A stretch of 64,000 nt of DNA from Camelus dromedarius (taxonomy: Eukaryota). Every line of letters starts with the position of its first letter. The first letter of the stretch is position 1. Of the stretch, positions 1 through 14,100 are shown piece by piece. The notes under the pieces are model-generated. The model did no database searches. It was not told where the DNA came from and was given only the letters and a program-made list of their open reading frames with translations. Made by a program: the position numbers and the translations under genes. Location of the stretch: NCBI RefSeq assembly GCF_036321535.1, contig NC_087437.1, positions 79,114,001 to 79,178,000 on the forward strand. Reading direction: 5' to 3'.

Positions 1-96
1 TTGATAATTTCTCTGTGAACTGTTAGCATTTTGGTATGTCCGTGGGATGAGGTGAGCACAAGGTCTTCCCACTCTGCCATCTTGGCCACACTTCTC
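1..96 (-). mobile_element. 5' terminus of a LINE-1 that runs off the left edge of the window
   Basis: Reverse complement begins GAGAAGTGTGGCCAAGATGGCAGAGTGGGAAGACC (L1 start with YY1 core AAGATGGC) and aligns along its length with the L1 5' end at about 43630-43726. Confidence 0.8.
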
Positions 97-959
97 AATT
101 CTGAATGAAGTTAAAGATGGACAGGCCTACCCATAAAAACTCATCTGGCCACAGAGAGAATCTCAGATTCTGTAGGCCAGGACAGTCTGGCTGAACCCCC
201 AGCTGCTGCACCCACTAGGAAATATCCTAGTGATGCCTGATGCCAGCAGTTGAGGCCCTCTATTTTTTAATCTATTTTTCTTTCTTTATATTTGTCCAAA
301 CTTTGGTTCCCTTGTATGCACAAATGCCAGAGAAAGAATCTGTTGACTATGATTGTATTTGTCTACCTTGAGACCTTTGTCTTTTTAGAATTATATTTTA
401 CCTATATATGATTTACCAGATATAATGCATCCCATTGCTTAGTTACCACTAGAAACTCAAAGATCTACTAATGGTACAAACTTACAAATATTCTACAGTC
501 CAAATTCTTAACAAGAGATAGTTATATAAAATAAATAAAGAACATTAAAAGCCATTAGGTGTAAATTTTTTAAGGAACATTTTATCTCTTTGGTAAAGAT
601 CATTAAACATCATAAAGAATACATTTTAATTAGCCATCGTAGGTGTGTTTCAGAAAGACACAAGTAATTTATGAATCCATAAAACTGTTCCAAGAACAAA
701 ATCTGATAGTGCCGGACTAAAGTAACATATCACTTGCATAAAAAATATAAAGTATGAACCAACAATGGGATAGGAAGAACATCTATGATCACCTTTTTAA
801 GAACATCTGCATTTAAGAAGCAGATCTGAAACTAATTCCCTTTACATTTCCATAGGTTCTCCCATCTTCAGTATATAGTGATTCTGAAAGCTGAGAATCT
901 AATGTGAATGGTGATTGGCAAGATGTAGTTAAATATGGAGCTTCATATTCCTCATCCAC

Positions 960-1161
960 CATCACATTTTGTCGTTATCATAATACATAGCAGTTTGTAT
1001 TTGTATATCACTTAGTGATTACTGGATTAATTTCTCTTTTCTTCTAGAAATTGGGCCATATCTCTTTGCTCTGCACTGACTCTTTCATGGCTAACATATT
1101 GTCACATATACAAAAAACTGTTCAACAAAATTTTTTGAATAAAAAAATGAATGAATGAATT
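960..1161 (+). mobile_element. L2 3' end fragment
   Basis: Degenerate L2 3' sequence ending in the typical (TGAA)n tail ATGAATGAATGAAT. Confidence 0.5.
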
Positions 1162-2127
1162 TATGCTTTGAAACATTATACTTGACAAATTCCAAAACAG
1201 CATTAGGTGGTAGAAATCTGTTTTTAATATGTAGTTAGGACTTTTAAAGAAATATTTTTGATTAGTATGCATCTTAAGTAACAAATTTTGAATTGTTGAA
1301 GTAATGAAAAACATGCTTGAGATGTTGGAGAATTAACACAAAATAAACAAGGATGTGTTATTACTAATGGCAACTTTAATAGATACAGAGAATAAGAATA
1401 ATGAGTGGTTATGCACCTGGGCTTTGAGGCCAACATAATTTCAATGACTAAATATGTTATACCTTAGACTAACAGATTCAAAATCAACATTTCCTTATAA
1501 ATTATAGCTTTGTGGAATGAAACTGTCTATATCTGCTGGAGGCAGCATCTTTTTCTAACTTATCAAGTATCTGCAACTCCTAGTAAAAAAAAAAAAAAAA
1601 GGAAGGCTTGGCTCAAAGTCTCAGCATACTGTGGGCATAATTTCTGAATCTGTCCATTAAACAAATCTAGAGCAAGAGATATGTCATTCTTGTTCTTGAT
1701 AAGAAGCAGATGTTCAGAACAGCTTGTGTCCAATTATGATACAAATATTTAAAATCTGTGTTGAAATACAGTCTTCAGTCTTTGTAATCAGGCAAAAATG
1801 AGTGTGCTTTTGCATAAGATTAATTTTAACAATGCTTTAACGGATAGCACAAGGTCCAATGAATGAAGTCAGTGCTGACAGGTGACATAAAATCCAAAGA
1901 TGAACTATCCTCCTATACTCCACAGTGAGGGTTTAGTGGTTGCATTTCATTCATGCTTCTCCTTAATATCACTTAAGCACAATGACCACATCAACCACAT
2001 ATCACCTCCAATGCTTTTCCGAATTATATTATGGAGTAAGTGGCCTATAGTAGAATCCCTTGTAGAAAACAACCAAATGTTATGAGATAAATTAGTCTAC
2101 ATTGTGGAAAACATATCCAGTACCTAG

Positions 2128-2682
2128 TGATGGGATTTTGGATATACTACCCCCAAATATGGCACCCTGGCATATTGAACATTTTAAGCTGAAGGAGTCT
2201 GAGAAAAATGGCAGAAGGAAGGTCATTCTGATTTTTACCCTACCCTTCTCTCCTGAAGCAGGTCATAAGACCTTATTGTGATATGTGTCCTCTCTATACC
2301 CAGAGGAGAGGAGCATCCCAGTCTCTGAAAGCAAAAGGATGCTGAAAAGAATATGCACAGGCCTTGCTAAGTTTCCCACACTTCACTACACATACCTCAT
2401 GCTCTTGCCTTGTATTTTTCCAGGACTGTCCATTTTTTGTCAAATCTAGCATAAAAATTGTCAGGCTTTACTTTTTCTTTAGATCTTTATTTCCTTGTGA
2501 AGAATGCCATGTTACGTAAAATTTACATTTTATGTATATTATTAATTATATTAATTTAATATAATAAATAATATTAAATTAATGTTTATGTTATTTTTAT
2601 GTTAATCTCTCTTTGTCAGTTTAAATTTCAAGCCCAGCTAGGGATCCTAAGAGGGTTGAAGAAAACTGTTTCCTCTTCTACA
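2128..2682 (+). mobile_element. ERV1-class solo LTR, MER34/MER39-like
   Basis: TG...CA ends. The start (CCCCAAATATGGCACCCTGGCATATTGAACATTTTAAGCTGAAGG) and end (GTTTCCTCTTCTACA) match my recollection of MER34-group LTRs. No clean TSD. Confidence 0.7.
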
Positions 2683-5600
2683 GTAAGAAAACAAAAACAA
2701 CAGAAATGTTTAAAATACACAACAAACACACAAACATTGTCCTTATTATCTACATGTTTGATTTCCTGGCATTTCTGTGAAAAAGTTTAGGTGTGCCTAT
2801 GTGAGCCTATATGTGGTGTGTGAGTAGATTATAATATACGGGCTTTCTGGACTTCATAATAACTGTTTTTAGGATTTCCTTTACTGAGCACTTCGTCAAA
2901 ACATTTTGATGTGCCTAGCAGAGAGCCTTAAAGACAGATGCTCAATAAGTATTTGTAGAATTATATTTTCTAAGACCTTGGCTTATTGACTGTATTTTCC
3001 TTCAATAATTTACTTATAAAAACCAGAGTTCCGTTTAGAATAAAGTAAGTTACTTAAGAGCAGAAAGCTATTGAATTTCTAAGGAAGAAACCCTTCATCA
3101 ATCTTGACATATTTAATAATCTTTTATTTCACCCAGTATCCATACTTTTCTAAGATTGTCTCATTTATCAAAGTTCCAGAATCAATATTAATTAATTGAA
3201 TAATTAATTTGCCAATTAAATTCCTTAGGATTTAATGAAGTGAATAAAATCTGTTTTTATCTTACCATATAATTATTTTTGAAAATACACTCTAAAGAAT
3301 AATATCAGTTCTGTCAGGTCTAGTCTAAGAGTTTGAAACATTTTGAAACCTATTTAAGATTATAATTGGCCTATCTCCTAATTTCTTAAAATGCTTCAGT
3401 ATTTTTTACAGAGGTTTAGTGGTATATATGAAATGCAGAGTATGTTAAGATAATTATCATATAAATCTTTTATATCTAATAATGATAAGAAAGACCACAT
3501 CATAATTGTATGAGATTATGTTTATAGTAATTATTTTCAAACTGTCAATTTATTAACTATTATTAATTAGTTTCAAACTAAGGTCAATAATTAGTCTATT
3601 TATTGGAACAGATGACTCTGGATTGATTAGTCACTTTGTCTGTCTATGTATGGGAGAAAACATTTAAACTTGTTAACAACCCTTCTGTCCAGGGCAATGT
3701 TTTCATATCTGTTCATAAATAAATAAATAATTTTAAGAATTGTAGTTTTTTTACAATAGATACATAAAGTAGAAGCACTAATTTATTGATATGATAATTA
3801 TTCCCCATTTATAAATATCTGATTAACATTCTGCCATAATACCTTATACTACATTATGCTGCTAATAGTAAGGTACAGAAACATGTTTATTATGTTTCTT
3901 TAACTTGTAAAATTCAGTGCTTCTATGAAACTAATTAGTGTCTATATATAAAATGTTTGGATAGAAGAGAACAGCTGAATCATTTCTGAGGTTATCATCC
4001 CCCTAATAAAATTGACCATTAGAAGAAAATCTTCAGGATGAGATAAACTACTAAAGACATAACTTCTAATGATCAATAATGACTAGGACAAAACTATTAA
4101 CCTGTGAGTGTTCTTAGCATCTGCTTTTCTCCTCAGCTTATTGTTAGATATTTTTGCAGCTAATTAAGAACAATAAGAAAAAGAGACAAAGAGGGGCATT
4201 TCCTTCAGAGTAGGATAGAAATTACTTTAGAAGCCTTGAAGAAAAAGTGATACGGTATGAAATAAAAAAGTCATATGAACTGGATAACAGATAGTTTTAT
4301 ATGGCCATGTTGAAACTCGAGGGGAAAACTTCACAATATAGAGAAAATTGAGTGGGTGAGATTTTTAGAAAAGTTTTAAAGATACTTCTCATGGATTAAA
4401 ATATTTCTCCCTGATTTCCACGCCCTCAAGAAATGATTAAAATGAGTTTCAACTAAATTTTCTTTGCTGATTTGTGCTTTTTTGAAAACTACATTATTTA
4501 GGGACTCTGCTAGCTGAGTTACCACTTATATTTTGGGTACATATGATGATGTCTATAATGCAAACTAGGCATTTCACTTTGTTAAAATGCCCAACATTTT
4601 CAGGGGTGTGATAATAGGTTAACTTTTTTTGCCTGTTGTTTTCATATTAAGATGATTTTATTAATGAATTTTATTTATTAGAAATAAAGTTTAAGTAAAA
4701 GTCCTGCCAATGGTCTCATGTTAAACAATACAATTATAGTGTGACAGAATGGGGAAAATATTAATCATACTCAAATGATCACAATGAAAATAGGAACATT
4801 AAAATTTATCATGTATTTCTCGTAAGTTTGAATAAACGGAAGCTGTTATAGATAAGGAGCTAAGAAAGTATCTGTATTAATATCTACCTTATCTATTCCA
4901 CCTATCTACTTGCCTATCTATTTATTTATATTTATAACAGAATTTTTTGAAGGGGCAAATATCTGGAAAACATTGAATGTTCTGTAATAGAGGAGTGACT
5001 TGTTAAATTTAAAAAATCAATTTTTATAGTAGTGTATTCAATATGATTTGAGTTTTAATTTCAAGAAAGCATACCTTGTATGTGTAATTTAATTCTTTTT
5101 TTAAGGAATAGATCATTGTATATATGAAAGCATAATATCAAACTATGAGTACTTTTAATTTCAGGGAGTTAAAATTTGAATGAGTCAAAATATATTACCA
5201 ATTTCTTGTTTATAAGCTCTGTAAAGTTTGATTTGTTACAACTAATGCTAATGTTTTTTATTTTGTAAAATTTAGTATTCAAATTCATATATTTGTAGTT
5301 GCTGTAGAAACAAACACTGCTTAATTATAAGGCTATTTAAGCTAAGTACACTCTCTCCAAATTCAAGTGGCTCTTGCAATCCATGTTACTTTATAGTGTC
5401 TAAATAGTACATATCTGTCATTAATGGTTAGATTATGAGCTTAAAGGTGACTTCCTTTCTGACTGCATGATATTGGTGGAATTATTCTTTGGCCATGATC
5501 AAGTTTTATGATTATTTAACTCTTTCCAAACACTAGACAATATATAGATATTCTATAGGTAGCAACTTCCAATATTTTGAAAATAATAGTTTATCCTATT

Positions 5601-5994
5601 AAATATCAGAACTGTAGAATGAAAGCCAATAGAGAAAATGAGGTTCAGTAGCTAAAAATTTACTGAGTAATTAGAGTAACCTTGTAATTTATGGTCAGAA
5701 AGTGAAAGAGAGGTAGAGCTATTTTTTCCTTCTTCCTCTGTTTACAGTTGTGAGCAGATACATGGTCTTCCCACACACAGAGAAGTTTTAAAGCTATCTG
5801 TTGTTTCCTCCTGTCTTCTGACTCTAGGCTGCAGCAATTCTGCCTTTCTTTGACAGTAAAATTGAAAGTTAAAGCCATCACATGGATTTTCCTCTTCTAA
5901 GGTTTTGAAATCACAGAATTTCCTATTTGTGTCTTAAGTCAACCCTTAATTGATTCAAGAGACAAAAGTGGAAGAAAATAGACAAGTCTATACC

Positions 5995-6640
5995 TATTGC
6001 ACTAATCCAGGTAGGAGAAATTGATAATAGGGAAGTAGCACTGAAGGACATATTCAGGAGATATTTGAAAATAAAGCCAAGAGGGTATCCTGATGAATTA
6101 AATATAGGGTTTGAGAAAGAAGCCAAGGAATACTGTAAGGATAACTCAAGGGTCCTATGGAATGCCAACAGATGCCATAAAGAAGAGAAGAGATCATCAG
6201 AAGAAACTGATAAGGGTTAGCCAGTGACGGAGTAAAAGAAAACAATAGTTATGTTCTGGATGCAAGGTGAAGAAAGTGCATCAAAGGAAGAGAATCATCA
6301 ACTGGGTCAAATGTCACTTTTAAGTCAGTAAAGATGAAAATTAATCATAAACACAAAGAATAATAGTTGGATTTAAAAACATGAAGACATAGGTGTACTT
6401 GACAAGAACAGTTTTAGCAAAGGATGATGAGAACTAAACATGGAATAGAAGTAAAGGAGATCACCTACCTTCCCTCTAGGCTAAGTTGTATGGGAATTAT
6501 AGAAGAAAAAAAACAAAGAAACTGTCAGAATTGGAGACAGCTGTAGGGAACAACATGCTTTCAAGGGGAGCAAAATTTCTGTTGGAATGAGAAAGTTACA
6601 GGTATGATCAGAAAACAGTTTGATGATGAATATTAGAAGG
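5995..6640 (-). mobile_element. L2 fragment
   Basis: Purine-rich L2 antisense hallmarks TAATCCAGGTAGGAGA, ATATTTGAAAATAAAGCCAAGAGG, AAGGATAACTCAAGGGT. Confidence 0.65.
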
Positions 6641-6662
6641 CAAAGAAGAAGCAGTTCAAGAG

Positions 6663-6784
6663 AAAAAAATGTGACAATGAGTGTGTATATGTCCACGAAT
6701 GACTGAACAATTGTGCTGAACAGTGGAATTTGACACAACATTGTAAAATGATTAAAAATCAATAAAAAATGTTAAAAAAAAAAA
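6663..6784 (+). mobile_element. Young 5'-truncated L1 3' end (camelid-type) with poly(A) and TSD
   Basis: TTTGACACAACATTGTAAAATGATT...AATAAA plus A tract, flanked by AAGCAGTTCAAGAG (6649-6662) and AAGCAGTTCAGGAG (6785-6798), 13/14 identical. Confidence 0.85.
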
Positions 6785-8132
6785 AAGCAGTTCAGGAGCT
6801 AGGCAGGAATGAGATAAGGAGACAGAACAGGTATTTGAAGACTTTTACAGAGGTTGGGTGCAGGGGATGAAGGATAACCTAAGAGTCTGGGCCCTCTTCT
6901 GTAGATTGACAAAAAAGGTAAAAGAAATGTTTAATGACCCCCTGAAAATGGGGTCAACTAAATGCACATATTTTAATATTACCTATACATTCATGTATGT
7001 ATACCCACCTGTTCTTTATTCCCAGTAATCATCACAGCTGGCTTCTGCTCATTCCCTTTTCATAATGCTCATCCCACAAACCAGTCATCTTTCAAGTGCC
7101 CTGTAGCTTTCCTAGAAGAGAGAATACAAGTTACTTTCTCTCTGACTGATTGCTTCTGTTACAGCACCAAAGCTGAGGGAAATGGCTGTTTGTATTGTTC
7201 TACTCTTGGGAGCCAAATGGAAAATAGCAGCATTTTTAAACACCTGTTTTGAGATTTCTCTAGTTACAGAAAATAGTTGAGCATGATACAGATGAGCAGT
7301 GAGAACAAACTGAATCCTTAAAGAATAATACAGTGATACTCAACTATGAAGCAAAATTAAAACAAACAAACAAAAATCGCTTGGATTTTGTAGGAGCAGG
7401 TACATTGAATGTTAAATAAAACATTTCTTAAAGTACCACAATTGCCTACAACCCAGGATGCCATCTGTTACTTGGAGTGTGACTTTTCTCTTTTTGGGGG
7501 CACATTGTTTAGAACAAACACATCTGTGTAAACTTGCCTTAATCTAATTAACCAAGATTTCCGTTAAGACCTTGAATTAAGGTGGAGAGTGGAGGAAGGG
7601 ATGGAATTTAACTACCGATTAACCTCTAGCGAACACCTATGTCACTTTTCTGTAAATGGATTGAATAGCACACAAATAAACAGCACTATTTGATAACATA
7701 TGCTTAATGAATACAATAAAATACAATTTAAAAATTAATACATAGACATTTTTACCAATGTTTTCTCACTAAAACATCTGAGAATCTGATATTTTCATGT
7801 TAAAAATTATTTTAAAAAACATATATTAAGTTGTTTAGAGGCATTTAATTTCCTGCAATAACATAGTGACAATGACTTTTTAAAAGAGAGATCCTTAGAC
7901 ATTGATGGAAAGTAGAATCACTAACCAGACATGTGGCTTCACAGATATGAGATGATCCTCCATTGCCTCATCTTACCTGTTAATAATTCAGCTTGCAGAA
8001 TCTCCTGAATTCACTAAAATGTGCACTAAAGCAAATTCATATCAAACCCCATGGTAGCAGATGAATCCAATCACCCACATCAGTCTTAAATTCATGCAGA
8101 CTAAGCTGCTGCTGTTCAAATACATGATTTAA

Positions 8133-8292
8133 TCAGCTGTCTCCAATCCTGGCTGTGCTTTATGAACACAGGCTCTAAGGCTCTCTCCCCATATGTACCA
8201 ACTCAGAGTCCCTGAAGGAGTTGCATGATCAATATTTTATAAGGCCCTCTAAGTAACGGGACCAGAATGCACCTTGGATTTGGGAAACACTG
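8133..8292. mobile_element. MER5-like hAT-Charlie MITE
   Basis: CAG...CTG ends (CAGCTGTCTCCAATCCTGGCTG / TTTGGGAAACACTG), with length and internal motifs typical of MER5. Confidence 0.55.
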
Positions 8293-10943
8293 ATGTAAAT
8301 GATGTGAAAAAGTTGTTCTTGCTTAAATATACTTTCAGAATAAAAAAAACATGCAATGACACATGTAAGACATCTTTCTTTTGGTTAAGGTATTAATCAG
8401 TATTCAAAAGTAATAATATAATTAATCATTTTGAAACACTGACTCCTGAGCTTGAATTAGGTTATGAAATCATCTGTTATCTGACAGTTTCTTTGGAGGT
8501 AGCAAGATGGGTTACTAATGTAGGGTGAAGAGGAGATAACAAATATGATTATGAAGGCAGAAGAGTATAGCAGGTAAATCTTGCATTTTCACAACTGTGT
8601 ATGAAACAGCTCATGCTAAAGAAAGGGGACATGTTCCACCTAACATTCAGTTGCAACAATGCTTAGTTGACCTCATTATAAATAAATTTTCAGATGAGAA
8701 TAATAGCCAGGATAACTAAGGAGGAAGGAAAGCTTGCAGGTTGAAAGATTTCCTAAGCCATGTATTAAAGCAGAGTTCATTATTATGCAAGTGATTTCTT
8801 CTTAGTCTTGACCGTGTTGTAGTTATTCTCAGTAATCAAAAATCACAAAGACCCAAGTAAATGGAATGGAGTAGTTAGTCAGAAAACTTGTGCCACATTT
8901 CTTCACTGAGTTATGAGATTCTCTTAAACTGAGGCAATAAACAAAGGTGTCTTCATGGGGAGACTTGAGGTGAGCCTGAAAATTCGCCATCCACATCTAT
9001 CCCTGTTGAGAAATTCTGAAATTCCATGATTATTTCTGTCAAACACTGTTCTCTTTTTCTGTATTAAGTGAAAACACTCTTATGAGAACTTACAGCTCTC
9101 TTCACTAGCTCATTATCATGAACTAACTTTTGTAAATATTGTTGTTTCTGTTAGAAGAGATAGGGTAAGGTTTGAGTACCTGATAGGAATAGAAAAATAA
9201 TAAACCCAAAAAGAAAGAGAGAAGATGATCATTTTGTATATTAGTACCTTCTCTTGAATTGGACACTTTTTCTTGGGCAGTACAACTCATAGCATGCATT
9301 TCTTCTGCCTTCCTAGAAGAAAAGGAGAAATTCACTCACTGCTGTTGTCTAGGTACCCACTATTTAGATTCCTCAGGTATCCTTAACATACGGCTTTCCT
9401 GTTCCCATCGCATTTACAATGGTGATGTGTGATTTTAAGAGAAAATATCCAAAAGAAGCTAATAAACCAATTATGTTGTTGGGACAAAGATAGATTATAT
9501 ATTTTGCTTTGTGTATTTAACTGTATTTGGTTGTATAATATTTGTGAAAGAAAAATATGTAGTTTTCCTTAGAAAAACAGTGAAGTATAATGTAATTAAC
9601 AATTTGACGTTGTCTGTGGGATTTAGAAGACAAAATAGCAAAATATCCTGAACCTTGTTTAATATGCCTTGCACTGGAATTTGACCTAAATTTGTGAAAT
9701 GGTAGATGTGGAGAGAAGAACACAAAAATGCACACAGTTCAGACCAATGGCATGTGTTTTTCTCTGAGCTAACAGATTGTTTTCACAAACCATGGCACAG
9801 CCTGCCAGGATTCTTGCTCTGCATTCAGTGCCACTCCTTGCAAGGTAAGTGGATAATAAAGTTTCCCCCAAATATTATCTAATCATGACTGAGACTTCTA
9901 GCTTTATTGCAGTGACCATACTGGATAATGGAATATGACTCATATTGGCTCAGCTTTCATGGACTGGTAAAACACGAGCTGGGAGGAAATGTTAGTCTAT
10001 GAATCTTTCTCAGTTGCAAAAAGTATATCCCTCTTTAATCAAACTTCTATTTGTCCTTTGTATACACATAACTGGGGCCAAGAATATATTAATACTAGTT
10101 TAAATTGATCAAAACTCATGTTTTATATGCACATTTCTAAACTTAGTCCAAAAAATCAGTCTTTAGAGATATCTAAGATCCTAAATAATACAGTAGCTTA
10201 TTTTCAACATGCATAGTAGAATTTGATAGCTATTTAAAATGTAATTATAAATATGCTGGGATAAACTTTAAACTTAAAATTAGAGACCAAAGCATGAGAA
10301 TAGTGGTTTGAGTTAGTATTATTATTTCCTGAGTGTCTGAAAAGCATATGAGTATAATTCTGATTTGAACAGATTTTGGCATGGATTTTTACTGTTTCTT
10401 GAAAGGATTTTTTTTTAATCTTTATGTCCTAGGTGATTTATTGTAACTGTATAATAGCCCCAAATCTAAAATTAAAAATTTTCTCCATACACAAACTAAT
10501 CATTAGTTCTGCATCGTGAGTGAATGGCATTGTGGGAGTCTGACATTAAACTGGACTGTTTTCTAGCTCCTAATCTTGTGTAACAACGTGACCCATTTGC
10601 ACTTTCTTCCATATCCCTTACATTCTCTTTGTTTTGAGAAATCACCCATTTCAAAAAAAAAAAAGAAAGAAAAGAAAAAATTCACAGGAAAAAACCTCAG
10701 ATAATAAAAAGGTCTAAATAAATCTATTTTATTTTAGATTGAATATAAAATCTTATATAATTTTATATATAATAACAATTGCAATTATAGCATAATGATG
10801 TCTTTTTTTGGAAGTCATTCATACTTTTACCAATTAAGAATTCTTCTATCATAATAATAGGTTATATACATATTATCAACATGAGTTTCTTTACAATTTG
10901 AAAATAACGCATGTAGAAGTTAAATATTTATTCTTGACGCTCT

Positions 10944-11126
10944 TGTGATAGTCAGCCTAGGCTGCCATAACAAAATGCCATGGAACGAGTGACTTGGCAG
11001 ATACTTGTTTTTCTCATAATTCTGTAAGCTGAAAACCCAAGAAGACTGTCTGGCAGGGTTTGGCCTTGAATGCTCTGTTAGCATCTTGCATACAACTACC
11101 TTCTTGCTATGTCCTTAAATGGCTGA
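10944..11126 (-). mobile_element. Partial MLT1A/B-like MaLR LTR (3' half)
   Basis: GGCTGCCATAACAAAATGCCAT...TTTCTCATAATTCTG; homologous to the complete copy at 51234-51589. Confidence 0.75.
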
Positions 11127-14100
11127 CAATATCCCAAATCTGGGGAGAGGTTTGAACCTCCAAGTTCATGAAGTTAATAAATTACTCAGTACTTTAATCC
11201 AAAATAAAATCTTCTCCAAAACAAATTATAATGAAACTGTCAAAAATCAAAGGGGAACTTAAAAGCAGAAGGAGAAAAAAGATTGTGACCTACAAAGGAA
11301 CCTTCATTAGACTATCATGGATTTCTCAGAAAAAAATCTTAGAAGCCAGGAAAGAATGGAAAGATTATATTCAAAATGCTCAAAGAATAAAGTAGCCAGT
11401 CAAGAGTACTCTATCTGGAAAAGTTACCCTTCAGAAATGAGGAAAAATAAAAACTTACCCAGACAAACAAGCTGAGTGAGTGTATCACCACTGGATCTGC
11501 CTTAGAAGCAGTGCTGAAAGGAGATTTTCACACTGAAATGAAAAGACACTAATTAGCAACCTGAAAACATATGAGAATATAAAACACACTGGTGAAGATA
11601 AATATATAGTCTGATTCAGATACCTCTATTCTGTAATATGATGATGTGTTAACCTCTTAACTATAGTGTAAAGATAAAAAGAGTATTACAGATAACTACA
11701 CTATAATTTGTTAATGAACACACAGTATAAAAAGAGGTAAATTGTGTCATTAAAATACAAAGATGGGGAAGAAAGTAATTTTTGTATGAGATCGAAGCTA
11801 AGTTGCTATCAGCACAAAATAAACTGCTATATCTATAAGATATTTTATATAAGCCTCATGGTAATCATAAACCAAAAACCTATAGTGGATTCACAAAAGA
11901 TGAAGAGAAGGAATCACAACACGTCACCAAGGAAAATCACCAACCCAAAAAGCTAGGCAGCAAGAGAGGATAGAAAGGAACACTGAGGCTATAAAACAGC
12001 CAGAAAACAATTTAATAAGATGTCATTAGTAAGTTCTTACATAGCAATAATTACTCTAAATGTAAATGACCTGATTTATCTAATCTAATGGCATAAAATA
12101 TTTGGATAGATTAAAAAAAGAAGACCCAACTATGTGCTGCCTACATGAGACTCACTTAATATTTAAAGACACACATTAGGGTTTAATATGAAGGCATGGA
12201 AAAAGATATTCCATGCAAGCAGAAACCAAAATAGAGTGGAGGCACCTACAATTGTATCAGACAAAATAGACTTTAAGCCAAAATAAAAGGTAACAAGAAA
12301 GAAAGAAGCTCATTATATAATGATAAAGGGATTAACTCATCAAGAAGATATAAAATGTTTAAATATATATTCACCCAACATCAGAGCACCTAAATATATT
12401 AAGCAATTACTAACAGATCTGAAGGGAGAAACAGACAGTAGCATAATAACAATAAAGAAATTCAGTATCCTGCTTTCAGCAATGGATAGATCATCCAGAC
12501 AGAAATACAACAAGGGAACTTTGTTGGACTTCAACCATACTTTAGATCAAATGAACCTAGCGGTTATATGGATAGCATTCCATTTAATAGAAGCAGAAAA
12601 CACATTCTTCTCAGGTTCACACAGAATATTCACAAGTATTGATCAAATGACAAGCCAAAAAAACCCAAGTCTGAACATATTCTTAAATCATGCCAAGTAT
12701 CTTTTTCAACCACAATGATATCAAACAATTAATCAACAATGAGAAGTAAGCTGGAAAATTTACAAACATGGAAAGTAAGTAACACTTCTGAACAACCGGT
12801 GAATTAATGAACAAAACAAAAGGAAAAATTTAAAATATCTCAAAACAAATGAAAATGGAAACACAGCACATTCAAGCCTATAGGATATTGCAAAAGTAGT
12901 TCTTAGGGGGAAATTTTATAGTAATAAATGCGTATTTTAAGAAAAAAAGAAAGACCTCAAATGAATGACCTAATTATACCTCAAGGAACTAGAAAAAGAT
13001 GAACAAAACACAAAGTGGCAGAAGGAAAGAAATAACAAAGATCAGAGCAGAAATAAATGAAAAAGAGACCATAAAAACAGTAGAAAAGATCAGCAAAACT
13101 AAGAGCTAATTTTTGAGATAATAAGCAAAATTGTCAAACCATTAGCTAGACTAAGAAAATAAGAGTGAAGACTCAAAAAATAGCATCATATATAAAAGAG
13201 AAGACATAACTGATACAGAAATATGTAGGAACATAAGAGGCTACTCTGAAAAACTTGCCAACAAATTGGATAACCTAGAAGAAATGGATAAATTCCTAGA
13301 AATATACAACTTACCAAGACTGAATCATGAAGAAATAAAAAATATGAACTGACCAATAACAAGGACATTGAATCAATAATTAAACCCCCCAACAAAGAAA
13401 ATCCAAGGATTAGATCATTTTACTAGTGAATTTTACCAACCAATTAAAGAAGCATTAACACCAATTATTTTCAAAATCTTCCCAAAAAATTGAAGAGAGA
13501 GAGCACCTCAAACACATTTTATGAGGTTAGCATTACTCTGATACCAAAGACACATTAGGACACTGCAAGAAAGGAAAACTACAGAATAATATCCCTGATG
13601 ATTGTAAATGCAAAAATTTTCAAGAAAATAATAGCAAATAAAATTCAACAGTACATTAAAAGGACTATACACCATGATCCAGTGGGATTTATCCCTGGGA
13701 TCCAAGTATGATTTAAGTTACACAAATCAACAAATATAATACACCATGGCAACAGAATGAAAGATAAAAAGGTAATATGATTATTTTAATAGTTGCAGAA
13801 GAAACACTTGACAAAATACAGTATTATTTTGTGATACAAACTCTTAAAAAATTGATTATCAAAAGAACATAACTCGATATAATAAAAGCCATATGTGACA
13901 AACCCATAGAAAACAAACATCACATTTAATGGTGAAAGTTTTTTCCTCTAAGATCATAAACAAGACAGATGTGCCCACTCTCATCGCTTTTATTCTGCAC
14001 AGTACAGGAAGCCCTATCTAGAACAATCAAGCAAGGTAAAGAAATAAAAGCATCCACATCCAAAAGGAAAAAGGAAAATTGTCTTTAATTGCAGATGATA

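Noticed and set aside
830..930. Strong acceptor-like site (TTACATTTCCATAG); similar isolated sites at 5747, 17265, 50960 and 54483, and a donor near 61830
   Set aside because: No well-matched partner splice site or convincing frame; isolated sites are expected by chance.
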